NCBI GenBank assembly: GCA_010093745.1 | Contig: MU005967.1 | Location: 186,001 to 250,000 of the forward strand | Reading direction: 5' to 3' | Length of the DNA stretch: 64,000 nucleotides | DNA from: Piedraia hortae CBS 480.64 | Lineage: Eukaryota | Shown: piece by piece, positions 1 through 12,495 of the stretch | Layout: each line of letters starts with the position of its first letter | Position numbering within the stretch: position 1 is the stretch's first letter | Notes under the pieces: model-generated | Seen by the model: only the letters and a program-made list of their open reading frames with translations | The model's database searches: none | Told to the model about the DNA's origin: nothing | Position numbers and translations under genes: made by a program

Positions 1-1
1 A

Positions 2-1579
2 GCCAACCGCGAGACTGGGCCGATGTTAGGTGAGGCCGGCACCATCCTTGCCGAGAGAGACCAGGTCCAGACAAAGCGTCGTCTCCTAGACGCTGCCGCC
101 GCCCACTTTGTCCTCTCCGACGCCGAGCAAGACACCCTCAGCGCCCATGGCATCGACGATGACTTCTTCCGCGTTGTCACCCGCCTCAAGCAAATACATA
201 CCGACAGCCAGGTCCTACTGGGCGCTGAGAATCAGCGATTGGGCTTAGAGGTGCTGGAACAATCGTCTCGCCAGCTCAACTCGGCCTACCACAAGCTCTA
301 CCGCTGGTTGAGCCGCGAATTTAAGAACCAGGTGGACCTAGAGAATGCACAGGTCAACGCTGCCATGCGTCGACCTCTCCGCGTCCTGGCTGAGCGGCCA
401 GCTCTCTTCAATAGCATGCTCGACTCGATTGCCGAGTCTAGGGAAAGTAGCCTATCAACCAGCTTCTACACAGCCCTCACGGGGCCCAAGGCAATCGAAC
501 TGACGGCCCACGACCCTCTACGCTACGTAAGCGATATGCTAGCCTGGACTCGCTCGGCCACTGTCTCCGAACGCGAAGCTCTTTATGCACTCTTGATCAC
601 CGACAGCGACCAGCTCGCGGCGGCTCCTGGGCCCACAGAGCCCTGGGTGGAAGCTGAACATTTCAATCCAGACGAAATCCTCCAGAACGTTCTAACAAGG
701 TCACTGGAAGGCGTATTCCGCCAAGTGCGAACACGCACAGATCAGGTCATTCAGGCCCATCAAGACGCGGTTCTGGCTTACAGCATAGCCAACCTCGTAC
801 GCTTCTACATGGGCGTGTTCACGCCTCTCCTTGGCTCATCAGACCTCCTCTCAAAAAGCCTCCGTCCCATCATAGAATCTGCCATGCGCACTTTCAAAAG
901 CGTCATGCTTGATCGGATCCAAGCATGCAGCAACAGCCTCGAAAGCACATCAGCTGATCTCGCTCCTCCAGAATTTCTCTACAATGCTTTGACGCTACTG
1001 AGACGACTCGTTGCCAGCTATGAAACAACGGTAGCCTTACCTAGTCACGACGAGCCTGTGAGAGGGCACGAAGAAGAAGATGGCCTCGAACCGATCCTCA
1101 CTCACGCACTATACCCATCCCTCGACCTTTGTGAAGACATATCGAAACACCTAACCTCGCCAAAGCGAGAAATCTTCCTCCTAAACTGCCTCCTCGCCAC
1201 GCGGGATGCAATCCCTCCACACCTCCTCTCACTCGAGCCCAAAATCTCATCCCTACAAAACCATCTCATCTCCAGCGTCTACGAATTCATGCTCGCAACT
1301 TCCGGGATCGGCGAACTCGTCGACGAACCTGGCGAATATCACAAACAAACCCTTAAGCGCATCGCAGAGAAACTAGACCTCTTCCTCCCCACCGCCTTCG
1401 AGGACGTCAGACTGCTACTCTCCCCCCTGCGCAGCGGAGGCAGAGAAGGCGACGAAGTCATAAGCAACGCAACCGACAAATTCTGCACGACCTTTGAACA
1501 ACTCGAATCCAAACTAACTGACGAAGAAAAAGAAATCTTTCCCCGAACCGGGGACGAGATTCGCGTATTATTAAGCTAG
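2..1579 (+). CDS. COG6: Conserved oligomeric Golgi complex subunit 6, 5'-truncated by window edge
   Basis: Motifs LLGAENQRLGLEVLEQ, AYHKLYRW, IELTAHDPLRYVSDMLAW and terminal EIRVLLS are typical of fungal Cog6; frame is open from the window start. Confidence 0.9.
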   Translation, partial: ANRETGPMLGEAGTILAERDQVQTKRRLLDAAAAHFVLSDAEQDTLSAHGIDDDFFRVVTRLKQIHTDSQVLLGAENQRLGLEVLEQSSRQLNSAYHKLYRWLSREFKNQVDLENAQVNAAMRRPLRVLAERPALFNSMLDSIAESRESSLSTSFYTALTGPKAIELTAHDPLRYVSDMLAWTRSATVSEREALYALLITDSDQLAAAPGPTEPWVEAEHFNPDEILQNVLTRSLEGVFRQVRTRTDQVIQAHQDAVLAYSIANLVRFYMGVFTPLLGSSDLLSKSLRPIIESAMRTFKSVMLDRIQACSNSLESTSADLAPPEFLYNALTLLRRLVASYETTVALPSHDEPVRGHEEEDGLEPILTHALYPSLDLCEDISKHLTSPKREIFLLNCLLATRDAIPPHLLSLEPKISSLQNHLISSVYEFMLATSGIGELVDEPGEYHKQTLKRIAEKLDLFLPTAFEDVRLLLSPLRSGGREGDEVISNATDKFCTTFEQLESKLTDEEKEIFPRTGDEIRVLLS

Positions 1580-1604
1580 ACAGTAGAGCAACCCTCCTAA
1601 GTGT

Positions 1605-1937
1605 CTACGTATCACCCGTCTTCTTCCTCTCCCACTCCTCGGGGGTAAAACACTTCGTCGACCAAGCGTGTATCGCCGCGATTTCGTCTTTGAGTTTCGA
1701 ATTAACGAGTCGATGTCTCTGTAAAGCCGTCTTTTTCTCGAATGCATTAGACACAATCGTTACGTTGTACATTTGTCCGCAGCCACCTTGGCACGATAGT
1801 CAGAATGTTTGGACGGCATTGTGGGTGGGTGGGTGGGAAAATGTACCAGAGAGATCGACGACTTCGAGGTGAGAGGGCTGGAGCTCGGTTTCTATCCGAG
1901 AACGGAGCTGGTCTGGCGTGATCGCCATCGCTGCCAT
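1605..1937 (-). CDS. BolA-family protein (Bol2/Fra2-like), 2 exons, intron 1787-1846
   Basis: Manual splice (GTACAT...CTGAC...AAG) gives MAAMAITPDQLRSRIETELQPSHLEVVDLSGGCGQMYNVTIVSNAFEKKTALQRHRLVNSKLKDEIAAIHAWSTKCFTPEEW; GGCG, RHRLVN and IHA motifs. Confidence 0.9.
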
Positions 1938-2275
1938 GTCGAGTTGTTGCAAATCTTTTTTATCTGCGATAATCTTATCTGCCGCCGGATCTTCGCGAGC
2001 GGGGTAATCTAATCACGTGGGGTTTTTTTTTTGTTGGGCTGGACAAAGACCTCGAAGATGATTGTGGATCATGCCCTACTGTGTCTTGCCATTGCGGGTT
2101 TTTTTTGTTTCGTTTTTGGTGATTGATGAGGTCAAAATGGGAGTGGTGAACATACTCGGATGGATGACTTGACCGCGTGACCGATTTAGAAAACTAGGAT
2201 CGCGGCCCGCGCCGACCGGGGGATTTCATCATCATCACCAAGACGTCAGCCCCCTCCGCTACAGCGCAGGCTGCA

Positions 2276-4188
2276 ATGTTTTCTGAATGTGAATTTTGAG
2301 TCCCACGTCCCTTGGGAGGAAGTCACTGATTTGGGTAGATGCTTCGAGATTTCTGCAACAGAGTGAGAATCCGCTAGCCTCGTCATCTCGACGACCCCTC
2401 GACCGGAGACGGGCTGCTCAACCGGTGCGAGGGGAAAGTTCGCCGTTCAAAGGCAGCGCTCCGTTGTTTTTTAGTACGGCGGACGAGTTTCCCGAGGGCG
2501 ATGCAGACGGAGAGGGGACGGATGTGGATCATAATGCGAAAGAAGATGCCGTTGCGCTGCAGGCGAGTCGGAGACAGTTTGGGCAGTCGGGCTTGACGGA
2601 GAGCTCGGAATGGGATGAGGAGGATAGCAGGACGGAGAATATGTTTGATGTCAATCTGCAGAGTACGGTGCACAGAGAACCGAAACCCGAACCGCCAGAG
2701 CCTGATTCAGACGACTTCGCGCCGACAGAAACGGGGAGGGAAAGTGTGCCCCCGACGGTTATACTACCCACGCAAGAGCCGCCAAGACATGACGTTTTTG
2801 GTGCTCAGCTCTTCACTCTTTGCCTATGCACGATGCTGGGCGCGTTTGTGCTGGTTTGGTTCCACACCTCAACACCCAAGAAGCCGCTGGGGGATTCAAT
2901 CTACAGTGCGTTATGCGGCAGTACTTATATGCTATTATGGGACACGTTGATGGCTGTGTTTGTGGCTCTGCTCTGGCTTGCCCTGCTGCGGAACTTTGCC
3001 AGACCGCTGATTTATTCGCTTGCCGTTGCCCTTCCGGTGGTGCTCACTGGGCTCAGCATATATCCGTTTGTGGCCAGCTTCAGGGGACCTCAAAAGGGGA
3101 ATGGTGCGCAAGATCGTGCGCTCCGCTGGTTCAGCTTCGTGCCAGCTGCTCTGGCCGTTGCCTGGACTTACAATGTCTGGCACGCACGTTTAAGCGTGGA
3201 TCGCGCCGTGCGTGTGCTAGAATTCAGCACCAAAATCCTCGCTGCGTCGCCGCATTTGGTCACTCTTGGGTTCGCAACACTCGGCGGAGTCGTCGTATGG
3301 ACATGGCTGTGGATGCTTATGTTTGAACGTGTCTTTCTCTCCGGCCACTTTACTTCTGGCGGTACTAAGCGTTTCCTGCTAGATGCAAATGGTTGGTGGC
3401 TCGGAGCTGCGTTTTTCTGGCAATATCTCTGGAGTCTGGGCGTCATTGCCGGCATCCAGCGAGTCGCAACAGCAGCGGTGGTGAGCCAGTGGTATTTCCA
3501 TCGCAGAGCCGTTCCACAACCCACCAGTTCGCAAGTCGTCTTGGCCAGCGTCAACCACGCCTTTACCACCGCATTTGGCACCGTTTGTCTCAGCAGTCTC
3601 CTGAGTCTCCTCGTGCGTCTGCCGCTGATCATCCTGCCCGGACGAATCGCATCTATAATGAACATGTGCGCCTACTGGCTCATCCCTTCAAGTCTGGCCA
3701 CGCTTACGAACCCGCTCGCACTCACCTACGCTGCCATTTTCAGCCAACCGCTCTCCATTGCCGCTCAACAGCTGGGCCAGCTATCATTCATATCCACCAC
3801 TAATCCCTCGAACACGATGTCTACCCGTGCCTTTGCTCCACGCAGACAATCTGTCTCGACATTACTACCATGGCGGCTAGCAAAACTTCTTTTGCAGGCC
3901 ACTCGCTGGTTAATGTCATTTGGACTGGGTCTTGGCGGCTGGGTGCGTACGGCACGAAGTTTGCCTCTGGAAGGAGCGGGCATCAAAGGAAGTCTATACG
4001 CCTATGTCGTGGGTTTTGTAGCGGCAACAATCGGCTTCGCCGTACTGGGGGCCGTTGAGAATGTAGTTGGAGCCGTATGCGACGGCGTAGTGGTATGTTG
4101 GGCCAGTGAGACTGGAGGTTGGGGAGGTGAAGCCCGGTTTTGTCGTGAAGCGGGAGAGTTGTTGAGCGATAACAACAGCATGGCTTAG
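2276..4188 (+). CDS. Choline-transporter-like (CTL/Pns1 family) membrane protein, intron 2289-2338
   Basis: Spliced start MFSEYASRF; multiple hydrophobic TM segments; ATAAVVSQWYF and FGTVCLSSLL motifs. Confidence 0.8.
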
Positions 4189-4197
4189 CATCAGTTC

Positions 4198-5856
4198 TTA
4201 AGCCTTTGCTTTTGCAAAAGAATCTCTTTGTGTTCCCTCAATCACGACGCGGAATCCCATGCCGTCCGGCCAGCTCTTCTTCTTGCCTACTTTCTCAATC
4301 TTCTTCACTTGTTTTGTGAAGAGCTCTGTCATCTCATCGTCGACGAATTCCACCGTGAGTGATACACTGTCGTTTCCTCCCCAACGACTGCTCAACCGTA
4401 GACGACCGTCTTGGTCTTGAGTTCTGATCCCCATGGGATACACGGCAGCAATAAGTCTCGCCACGGCACCGATGTATTTCACCCACCACAGCTTCTGCGC
4501 GGAAACCATACGTTCCAAGTCCCTTTGGAAAGCAGCATCTGTGGGAGGGAGTCCACCGCCCCAGCGCTGACACAAAATCAAAGCCAGAACAGCTCTCTGC
4601 TCGTGCGAAATACCGTGAACGTTAGCCAAAACACCAGTCGTAGTCGACCGCAAAGCAGCCGAGACCTGGATATCCTTTGGATGGGTTGAGTGGAAGTACA
4701 TCAGATTCGCAACAGCGTGAAGGACAGCCGAAGGGAATACATTTTCCTTCGGAACCGCATCACACAACAACTTCGCCACGAACTCCGACGAAGTCGTAGT
4801 CAGGGCATACTGCACCGTCGCTACCTGTAGCGGGTTTTCCGCGCGCACGGCAGGCTCAAGGGAAGAGAACAGAACCCCCTCCCGCACACCGCCCTGACAG
4901 AACCTCACGCGACCGATGGGGTAAGGCAGCGCAGCAGCCAGAGCCCTAACCAGGAACGCAACGGCAGGGACCTGCCTGGCTCTCCTCTCCGAGACTCTAA
5001 AAATCTCCTCATCCTCCTCCCCCGTCTCCTTCGCGAGCGAAGCAGTCGCAGCAGCAACAACACTCTCTTCATCAACAAACTCTCCCCCAGCGACAGTAAA
5101 CCCGTTTATGACAGGAATAGGATAAGGCTGGACCCGATGTCTAGCCATGAGGACGAACCCCCAGCCTTTGAAACCCCCTCCAGAGAGGTAAAGTTTGAAA
5201 CCCCCCCCCTCCCTCGCGTTAGCTTCAAGTTCCTCTGGGACTTCTAGTGAGGCATACGCCCCGCGAAGCGACTCTACAACCTCCCTCTCAAGCCCAGGCT
5301 CGGAGAGCCGTCTCCCCAACGCCGCGGCTCCGAAAGGAAGACTCACCGCCCCCCTGCTCGGCATGCGTACCTCCCCTCCCCCCTCGGGTTTGATCACCCA
5401 GCTAAGTTGTGTACTCCCCCCACCTAGATCCATGACTAGTCCGTTCACGGAGGGAAGCGAACTCGCTACCCCCAACGCACCGACCCGCCCTTCGTCTTCT
5501 TTGCTGAGCATTTCGACGTCCCAGCCTGTTGCTTCGCGAATGCGGGTGGAGAATGCCGATGCATTTGACGCGGTGCGGGTTGCTTCTGTGGCGATTAGGC
5601 GGACGTGAGTTACGTTTAGGTCGGTACAGGTGCGTTTGAAGGCGAGGAGGGAGCGGATTAGGGTGGAGATTGTTGTGGGGTCGATGGGACCGCGTGTGGT
5701 GTTTTGGTATTGGGCGTCGTAGAGAGAGAGGGCGATGCGGTCTTGATAGATTGTGGGTAGGATGCGGGCGTGAGGGGGGGAGAGGGATGTGATGGAGAGG
5801 CGGACCCCGTTGCTGCCCATGTCGATTAGGGCGTGGAGATGCTCGTTTGGTGGCAT
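4198..5856 (-). CDS. RTG2: Ppx/GppA-family retrograde regulation protein 2
   Basis: IDMGSNGVRLSI, IATEATR, MDLGGGSTQ, LSGGGF and GGVREG motifs. Confidence 0.88.
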   Translation of the reverse strand: MPPNEHLHALIDMGSNGVRLSITSLSPPHARILPTIYQDRIALSLYDAQYQNTTRGPIDPTTISTLIRSLLAFKRTCTDLNVTHVRLIATEATRTASNASAFSTRIREATGWDVEMLSKEDEGRVGALGVASSLPSVNGLVMDLGGGSTQLSWVIKPEGGGEVRMPSRGAVSLPFGAAALGRRLSEPGLEREVVESLRGAYASLEVPEELEANAREGGGFKLYLSGGGFKGWGFVLMARHRVQPYPIPVINGFTVAGGEFVDEESVVAAATASLAKETGEEDEEIFRVSERRARQVPAVAFLVRALAAALPYPIGRVRFCQGGVREGVLFSSLEPAVRAENPLQVATVQYALTTTSSEFVAKLLCDAVPKENVFPSAVLHAVANLMYFHSTHPKDIQVSAALRSTTTGVLANVHGISHEQRAVLALILCQRWGGGLPPTDAAFQRDLERMVSAQKLWWVKYIGAVARLIAAVYPMGIRTQDQDGRLRLSSRWGGNDSVSLTVEFVDDEMTELFTKQVKKIEKVGKKKSWPDGMGFRVVIEGTQRDSFAKAKA

Positions 5857-6167
5857 TGTTCACTTCGTTTTAGGGGTGTTTTGGGGGTGTGGTTTCCGTT
5901 TCCCTGGGTGTTTGGGTTGTGGTTTGATATGATGTCGTTAGGTGGTGGTGTTCTACTCTAAGGTGCGGGGCAGTGGGAAACTCTATGTAGTGCGCTTTTC
6001 ACAATGTGCGTGGAGGGCTTAGGGGCGGATATGTTAGGTTAATCATCTGTACAACGCATATTGTCTGTAGCATGCTTGATATCCCAAGTGAATACTACGA
6101 CATCTACACACGGCCCATGCCACCACCTTCGGCATTGCTTTCCAATCGGACACTGTAACCATCAACA

Positions 6168-6701
6168 ATGTCATTCCCGCACAACTTCGAGAGAGATATG
6201 GCATCACTGTCCCTTCTCGTTAAGAAGCACAGGGAGCAGGTCCTTCCACCCGGTAAGCCTCATCATAGCAAACCTAAAGCCATCGATGTCACCTGCATCC
6301 AAATAGAGTTGCATATGGAAGAGATCAAAGAAGATTACATCATTCAGGGAACTCTTCCCGGAGCGAAGCCCAAGGACGTCTGGTTGGATTTCGTGGGCAC
6401 TGGGTCCATGACAATCAAGGCGCGCTACGAACGCTCACACGACAATTACTCGGATCACAATCGCAAAGGCGCTGCAGACGAAGATAAGAAGGTTTCCGGC
6501 AAGGTCAAAGGCGGCGCCAATCATGAGACAGGTCCCAAGCTATCGGTGCAGTGCACGGTGGAATTTTCGCAAAGTTTTACTTTTGCTCATCCGGTGCGTC
6601 GTGAGAGAACGGCGGCTAAGCTGGAAGATGGCCTATTGTCCGTTACGGTGCCAAAAGCGCGACGCCCCACGAACAAGCGCGTGAGGTTTGAGTTTGCCTG
6701 A
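6168..6701 (+). CDS. Small heat-shock protein (HSP20/alpha-crystallin domain), divergent
   Basis: LPG..PKDV.LDF, FSQSFTF and AKLEDGLLSVTVPK alpha-crystallin signature. Confidence 0.8.
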   Translation: MSFPHNFERDMASLSLLVKKHREQVLPPGKPHHSKPKAIDVTCIQIELHMEEIKEDYIIQGTLPGAKPKDVWLDFVGTGSMTIKARYERSHDNYSDHNRKGAADEDKKVSGKVKGGANHETGPKLSVQCTVEFSQSFTFAHPVRRERTAAKLEDGLLSVTVPKARRPTNKRVRFEFA

Positions 6702-7469
6702 CGGGGTCATTTGAAAAACCAAGAGCGGAGGTGGACCATGACAAATGGGCTGGTTCGCGTAGCTAGCGAGGTCGTCACCTGATTGCTATGGCTATGAGAA
6801 TGTTGTGGTCACTTTTCTTTCTTGCTTGACAGTGTGATTGCATCCTTGACGATGTATTCAAGGTGGTTGGAACACTTTGTCACAGGACAATCGACTTCAT
6901 GTGATACCGACACGCGCCACTGCACGCTTCGCGCGGAAAACAAAATCGCCGCCATCCATGCAAGTCATACAGCATGCATGCCATAGATAGTGTATCGTGG
7001 CTTGGTATCTAGGTACCGCGGCTTGATTGGCACAACTTTCATATCTTTGTCGTCAAGAGTTTGCCTTGACAGGGTGCTGACAAGGATTGTTGCATGTTGC
7101 TCACTGTCTGGTTTATGCAGATCAAAGTGCTCAGTTCAATGGTACAGCATCAGTCTTCTGGGTCATCAGCCACTCACCCATTGACTTTTGCCCAGATTGA
7201 CATATAAGCGCGCCCGTTGCGAATCATAACGTATTGTTTTGATGCCATTCACAGGTTGCATCAAATGGTCCAAGCCTATCGTGGAAGGTGCTCAACGGGA
7301 TGTGGTTGACATCCACCCGGCACCGCCACGATGCCTTGCAGATTGAGGGTATTAAGCATGGCAGATGACATGCCTGGAGATATCGGCCTTGAACAGCGGA
7401 AAAGCCGAATTACATCTTTTATATATTCGAGCATAGATCTTTCGAGATTTGCATCCCCAGCGGTTCAAA

Positions 7470-9634
7470 ATGCACGTTTCCTCTCTCTTTATAGGAGCCC
7501 TTGTAGGGGGTTCCCTGGCAAACCCTCTTGCTGTGAATTACATAGTTCACGAAAAGCGCTCGGGACTTTCTGAAGGATGGACAGAAGGGGAAGTCTTGGA
7601 CCGACGTGCCATCCTTCCCATGAAGATCGGCCTGACCCAAAGCAATCTTGACAAAGCCGAGGCTTGGCTGAACGAAGTCTCTCATCCGAACTCGAAAAAG
7701 TATGGAAAGCATTGGACTACCAAGCAAGTCGCCGATGCCTTTGCTCCAAGCGAAGAGACCATCACGTCCGTCAAGGCCTGGCTCGCTTCTGAAGGTATCG
7801 CGGAAAATCGTATCAAGCATTCCAAAGGAAAGACCTGGCTAGAATTCGATGCAACTGCGGATGAGGCGGAGAAACTGTTGAAAGCAAAGTACCGTATCTT
7901 CAACCACGAGAGTGGCGTGAAGCATGTGGCCTGTGATCAATACAGCATCCCATCCCATTTGAAATCTCACGTTGATCTTATTCGACCCACTGTACACTTT
8001 GATGTGCCGACAACCTTTGAAGGCGAGAATGATCATGAAAAACGTCAGGAGCACCCTGCCATCTTCAAAGGTCTTGGTAGGCCGGGCTCCGGAACACTGC
8101 CCAAGGGTGGATGGCGCTTGCCTCATGGTCATAGACGCCTTAACACCGAGCTTGATACCTGTGACGAATTTATCACTCCCAACTGTCTTCGTGCCTTGTA
8201 TCGGATCCCACCACTGCGCAGAGCGGCTCAAGGCAACTCCTATGGCATTGTGGAATACACACCGCAGGCATATGTGCCCAGTGACTTGGACATGTTTTTC
8301 AAAAACTTCAGTAGCCAACAAGTGGGTGCTCGTCCGATCCTCGAGAGCATTGATGGTGGAGTTGTGCAACAGCAATCTCAAAGCTTCGACTACAACGGCG
8401 AATCCGACCTGGATCTCCAGTATGCCATGGCTCTCGTTTACCCACAACCAGTCACTCTGTATCAGGTACGCAAGTCATATTGAACCGTGATTCGACTGAC
8501 ATTTCAGGTTGGCGACCTCGTAGCAGGAGCTTCATTCAATAACTTTTTGGATGCCATCGATGCGTCGTACTGCAGCTATGATGGCGGAGATGATCCGTAC
8601 TATGATGCCGAATATCCTGTAGAGGGCGGGTACCAGGGTAAAAATGACTGCGGTAAATTCGCACCAACAAAGGTCATTTCCACCTCATACTCGTACAACG
8701 AGCACGACCTCAGTCCGGCTTACCAGACGAGACAATGCCATGAATATCTTAAGCTAGGTATGATGGGTGTTTCCGTCTTGTACTCTTCCGGGGACTATGG
8801 CGTGGCTGGAAAGTAAGTGGTCAAGACCGTGCCCGTGTTGAATCTGCTAATATCAATAGTCGCGGCACATGTATCAATGGTACAGGAGAAGATGCGCCGT
8901 ACAGGGATAACAATGGCGGGAGATTCAATCCAAGCTTCCCTGGAAGCTGTCCCTACATTACCTCGGTCGGGGCCACTCAAGTGAAGGCAAACACCTCAAT
9001 TACTGCATACCAGCGCGGTGGACGTGGCAGCCCCACACAGCCTGAGGAGGCTTGCGAGTCTGTCATCTACTCCGGAGGTGGTTTCAGCAACGTGTTCGGC
9101 CTTCCAGATTACCAAAGGAACGCTGTGGCTTCGTGGTGGCGCAACCACCCGCCCCCATACGGTGCAGATCGCTTCAACAACAGTCAGCAAACTCGCGGCT
9201 TCCCAGATGTTTCCGCAAACGTTTGTTTTCACCAGCCTTTCGAGGATAATTCCAATAACGAGTTGTACAGGGTGCAAATTATGTCATTGCAATTGATGGC
9301 AGTTTCAACTTGATCTTCGGCACTTCCGCGTCGTCACCTACCTTGGGCTCCATTCTGACCCTGGTCAATGATGCCCGCCTCCGAGCCGGCAAGAGCACAA
9401 TCGGATTTATTAACCCGGTTGCCTACGCTCACCCTGAGGTGTTCAACGACATTATCGACGGCAACAATCCTGGGTGTGGCACATCAGGTACGTCTTGAGC
9501 TGCTCCGAAACATTGAGAATGGGCCACTGACAAGTATTCAAGGTTTCAGTGCCGCACCTGGCTGGGACCCTGTCACCGGTCTCGGAACCCCCGACACGGA
9601 GAAAATGATACGTCTTTGGCTGAGCATGCGGTAA
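7470..9634 (+). CDS. Secreted sedolisin / tripeptidyl-peptidase (S53) with prodomain; 4 short introns (~8466-8507, ~8813-8859, ~9221-9270, ~9488-9543)
   Basis: Signal peptide MHVSSLFIGALVGGSLA; ESDLDLQY, SSGDYGV, GGGFS, GTSASSP and GWDPVTGLGTP motifs across exons. Confidence 0.92.
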
Positions 9635-9818
9635 ATTAAATGCACATCATCCTTAGCTGAGCCAGATTAGGTACGGTTCTTGCCGGGGGAACCCTTGCTG
9701 GCATATAACGTTGCATTAGCGGACATTAGTGCAGACCGACGCTGTACCGATGCTATGCTTAATGATGTTCAAACTAGCCTCTGCCCTTTTACTGACCACT
9801 CACCCTGGTGGCTCTTGT

Positions 9819-10189
9819 TCAACTTACATGGCCGCCAGCCCATAGACACCCGTCGTCGCCCATCCATAATTCGTGCACCCTTCCCGCATCAATGACTACT
9901 TCCGAGCCCACCTTGTAGGACTCTACCTTTAGCTCTCCATGTCCAATGAATTTCACAAACAGCTCGCCAAACACTATCTTGTAGTGCACTGTATAGGGGA
10001 GTGCTTGAGGGGAATGTCGCTCCTCGCTTTACAACCAGTTAGTAATGCTAGTAAAACGTGTTCGAGCGAGGCATACAATCCTGCATAATAACTGAAGACG
10101 TCCTTGAACCCGCGACTGCGTAGATCTGCTTCGGCTCTGCCAATCACTTCCCAAGGCACCGGAGGATCCAGTGGGGGGTCGGAATCCAT
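9819..10189 (-). CDS. Small RmlC-like cupin protein, intron 10027-10076; start and end uncertain
   Basis: Splice (GTATGC...CTAAC...AAG) gives ...AEADLRSRGFKDVFSYYAGFEERHSPQALPYTVHYKIVFGELFVKF...YKVGSEVVIDAGRVHELWMGDDGCLWAGGH; matches cupin motif 2 (G-x5-x-AG-x2-H). Confidence 0.65.
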
Positions 10190-10790
10190 CACGAACGGAG
10201 GTACAGCGAGTTTTTCCTGGGCTTTCGTCCACACCTTGGGGTTATATACATTTTCAATCTCTGGCCGGGAAACCGTGCGCTGATCCCGGCCAGCAGAAAA
10301 AATGATGTATTGAGTAGGGCCGTCACGTGGTAGCCGACAACGTGGTTCATTGGCATCTAATCATGCATTGCATCGTTCCACTTGCAATGTTGCTCATGAC
10401 GCATGCGACGTCCTTGACTGGGAACAAGAAAACTGACCGTTACCGTGGCCTCGGCGCTGGGCCAGATGCTCTCCCACTAGAGCACCGTGCATCACGTCCC
10501 TTGCTACATTAAACGGTTATATCAAACGGCCGGGCTTAGGCGCCCCGCTATGTTTGACAGTGATTGCCTACATTTATTCCCCTTTTCTAGAACAAACACG
10601 TGCGCTTGGACCAATGGGGAATGTCCACGCTGTCGCCCGTCGACGTTTAGGATGCCCCCCGCAGAAAACCGGTATGACGTTACATGGTTGGGCCCCTGAG
10701 CGGAGGTACATTGCCTGTATTTACCGCCCCTGCTGTGTTGCCCTCCAGAGCCTTTTCTCTGGAAACAAAGAGCTCGCTTGACCGCCCATC

Positions 10791-12495
10791 ATGGCCACTA
10801 ATGCATCTCCCAAGCTGTCTCCAGCCATTCTCCGCAATGTTCAAGCGCTTGTTGACTCAGCCAAAGGCCAGGCCGGGGATGCTGACAGCTTTGTCGCACG
10901 TCTAGTCGATCCAGCGGCGTCAGACCCACCTTCACTCTCATTGGACACGACTCATCCCATCTCTCGATACTTTATCTCTAGTAGCCACAACACATATCTC
11001 TCTGGCCACCAGCTGTGGGGCGAATCCACTACTGATGCCTACAAGAATGTGCTCGAACGTGGATGTCGGTGCATCGAGATCGACGTCTGGGACGGGGACG
11101 ATGCGCCTTCGCCCCCCTCCTCGCCTGATGAGGATGGTAAAGTGGGCAAATTTCGTGGTTTCGTGAAAAAAGGTCTTGATAAGATACGTTCACGAGATAG
11201 TCCATCACCGCAAGAGGAAAAGAAAGTGGACCCGGATACTGAACCACGTGTGTTGCATGGCTACACGGCAACGACTGACGTACCATTTCGCGAGGTCTGC
11301 CAAGTGATTGGCCAAAATGCCTTCCTCAAGACTGATCTACCGCTCATTGTAAGCCTTGAGGTCCATTGTAATACCGCCCAGCAGGAGATGATGGTGGACA
11401 TGATGAAGACTTACTGGAAGCCTTGGTTGGTGCCTGTTCCAAGTGATATGAACGAAGATACACCGCTGCCCACCCTTGAGAGTCTACGTAATCGCATCGT
11501 CGTCAAAGTCAAGTATTCGTCTCCCAAAAAGGCAGCCGCAAAGAAGGCCGGCACCAAACCTGTCCCAAAAGCTGATGATGAAGAGGACAAGTCTCCAGTT
11601 GAGGAGACTCAAGTAGGAGTGTCAAAGGGCCGCATCTGCGAGGCATTGGGCCAGCTCGGCGTCTATACCCGAAGTTGTCACTTTCATGGCTTTGATCAAC
11701 CTGAAGCCAAAATACCAACACATGTCTTCTCGCTTTCAGAGAATAAGATTGAAGATATGCCAGACGAGGGTCAACGGGAGCTCTTCGAGCACAATGCCAG
11801 CTACCTCATGCGCACATACCCCAAGGGCACGAGGGTCAGCTCATCTAATCTCGATCCGGTGCCGTTTTGGAGTCATGGCGTGCAGTTGGTAGCACTCAAC
11901 TGGCAAAAGATGGATGCGGCCATGATGCTGAACGAAGCCATGTTTGATGGCAGTGGTGGTTGGGTGTTAAAGCCCAAGTTCTACCTCCAAAGTGATCGTT
12001 CCATGGTCAAAGGCAGTCAACTCCACCTTGACCTTCGAGTATATGCTGCTCAGGGCCTCACGGACATTGATGGAAAAGCTCCGTCCAACGTTTACGTCAA
12101 GTGCTGTTTGCATACAGCGAACATGACCGGAAAGACTATTGTCGAAAAAGAAGCAGCAAAGGCTGGCCAGTGGAAATTTCGATCAAAGTCTCGTTCCGGT
12201 CCTGACCCTGATTGGAGTGGCGAAGTTGTGGCGTTTGACCGTCTTCCCTTGGTCTTGCCAGAGCTCAGTTTCATTAGGTGGGAATCTGCACTAATGCCCA
12301 AAAACTTTGCTAACAGATTGCAGATTCAAGGTCATGGCTGATGTTTCGTTCCAAAAAGACCGCATGCTCGGATGGGCATGTTTCCGGCTTGACCGATTTC
12401 CCCAGGGTCCGAAGTTATTGCAACTGAGAAATGCGGGGGCAAAGTTCAATGGAGCCTCGCTGTTTGTGGATAGTCGTGTAGCGTTCCACGACTAG
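10791..12495 (+). CDS. Phosphoinositide-specific phospholipase C (X, Y, C2 domains; no PH/EF N-terminus), intron 12278-12323
   Basis: YFISSSHNTYL, GCRCIEIDVWDG, LHGYT, SLEVHC, RTYPKGTRVSSSN and QLVALNWQ motifs. Confidence 0.93.
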
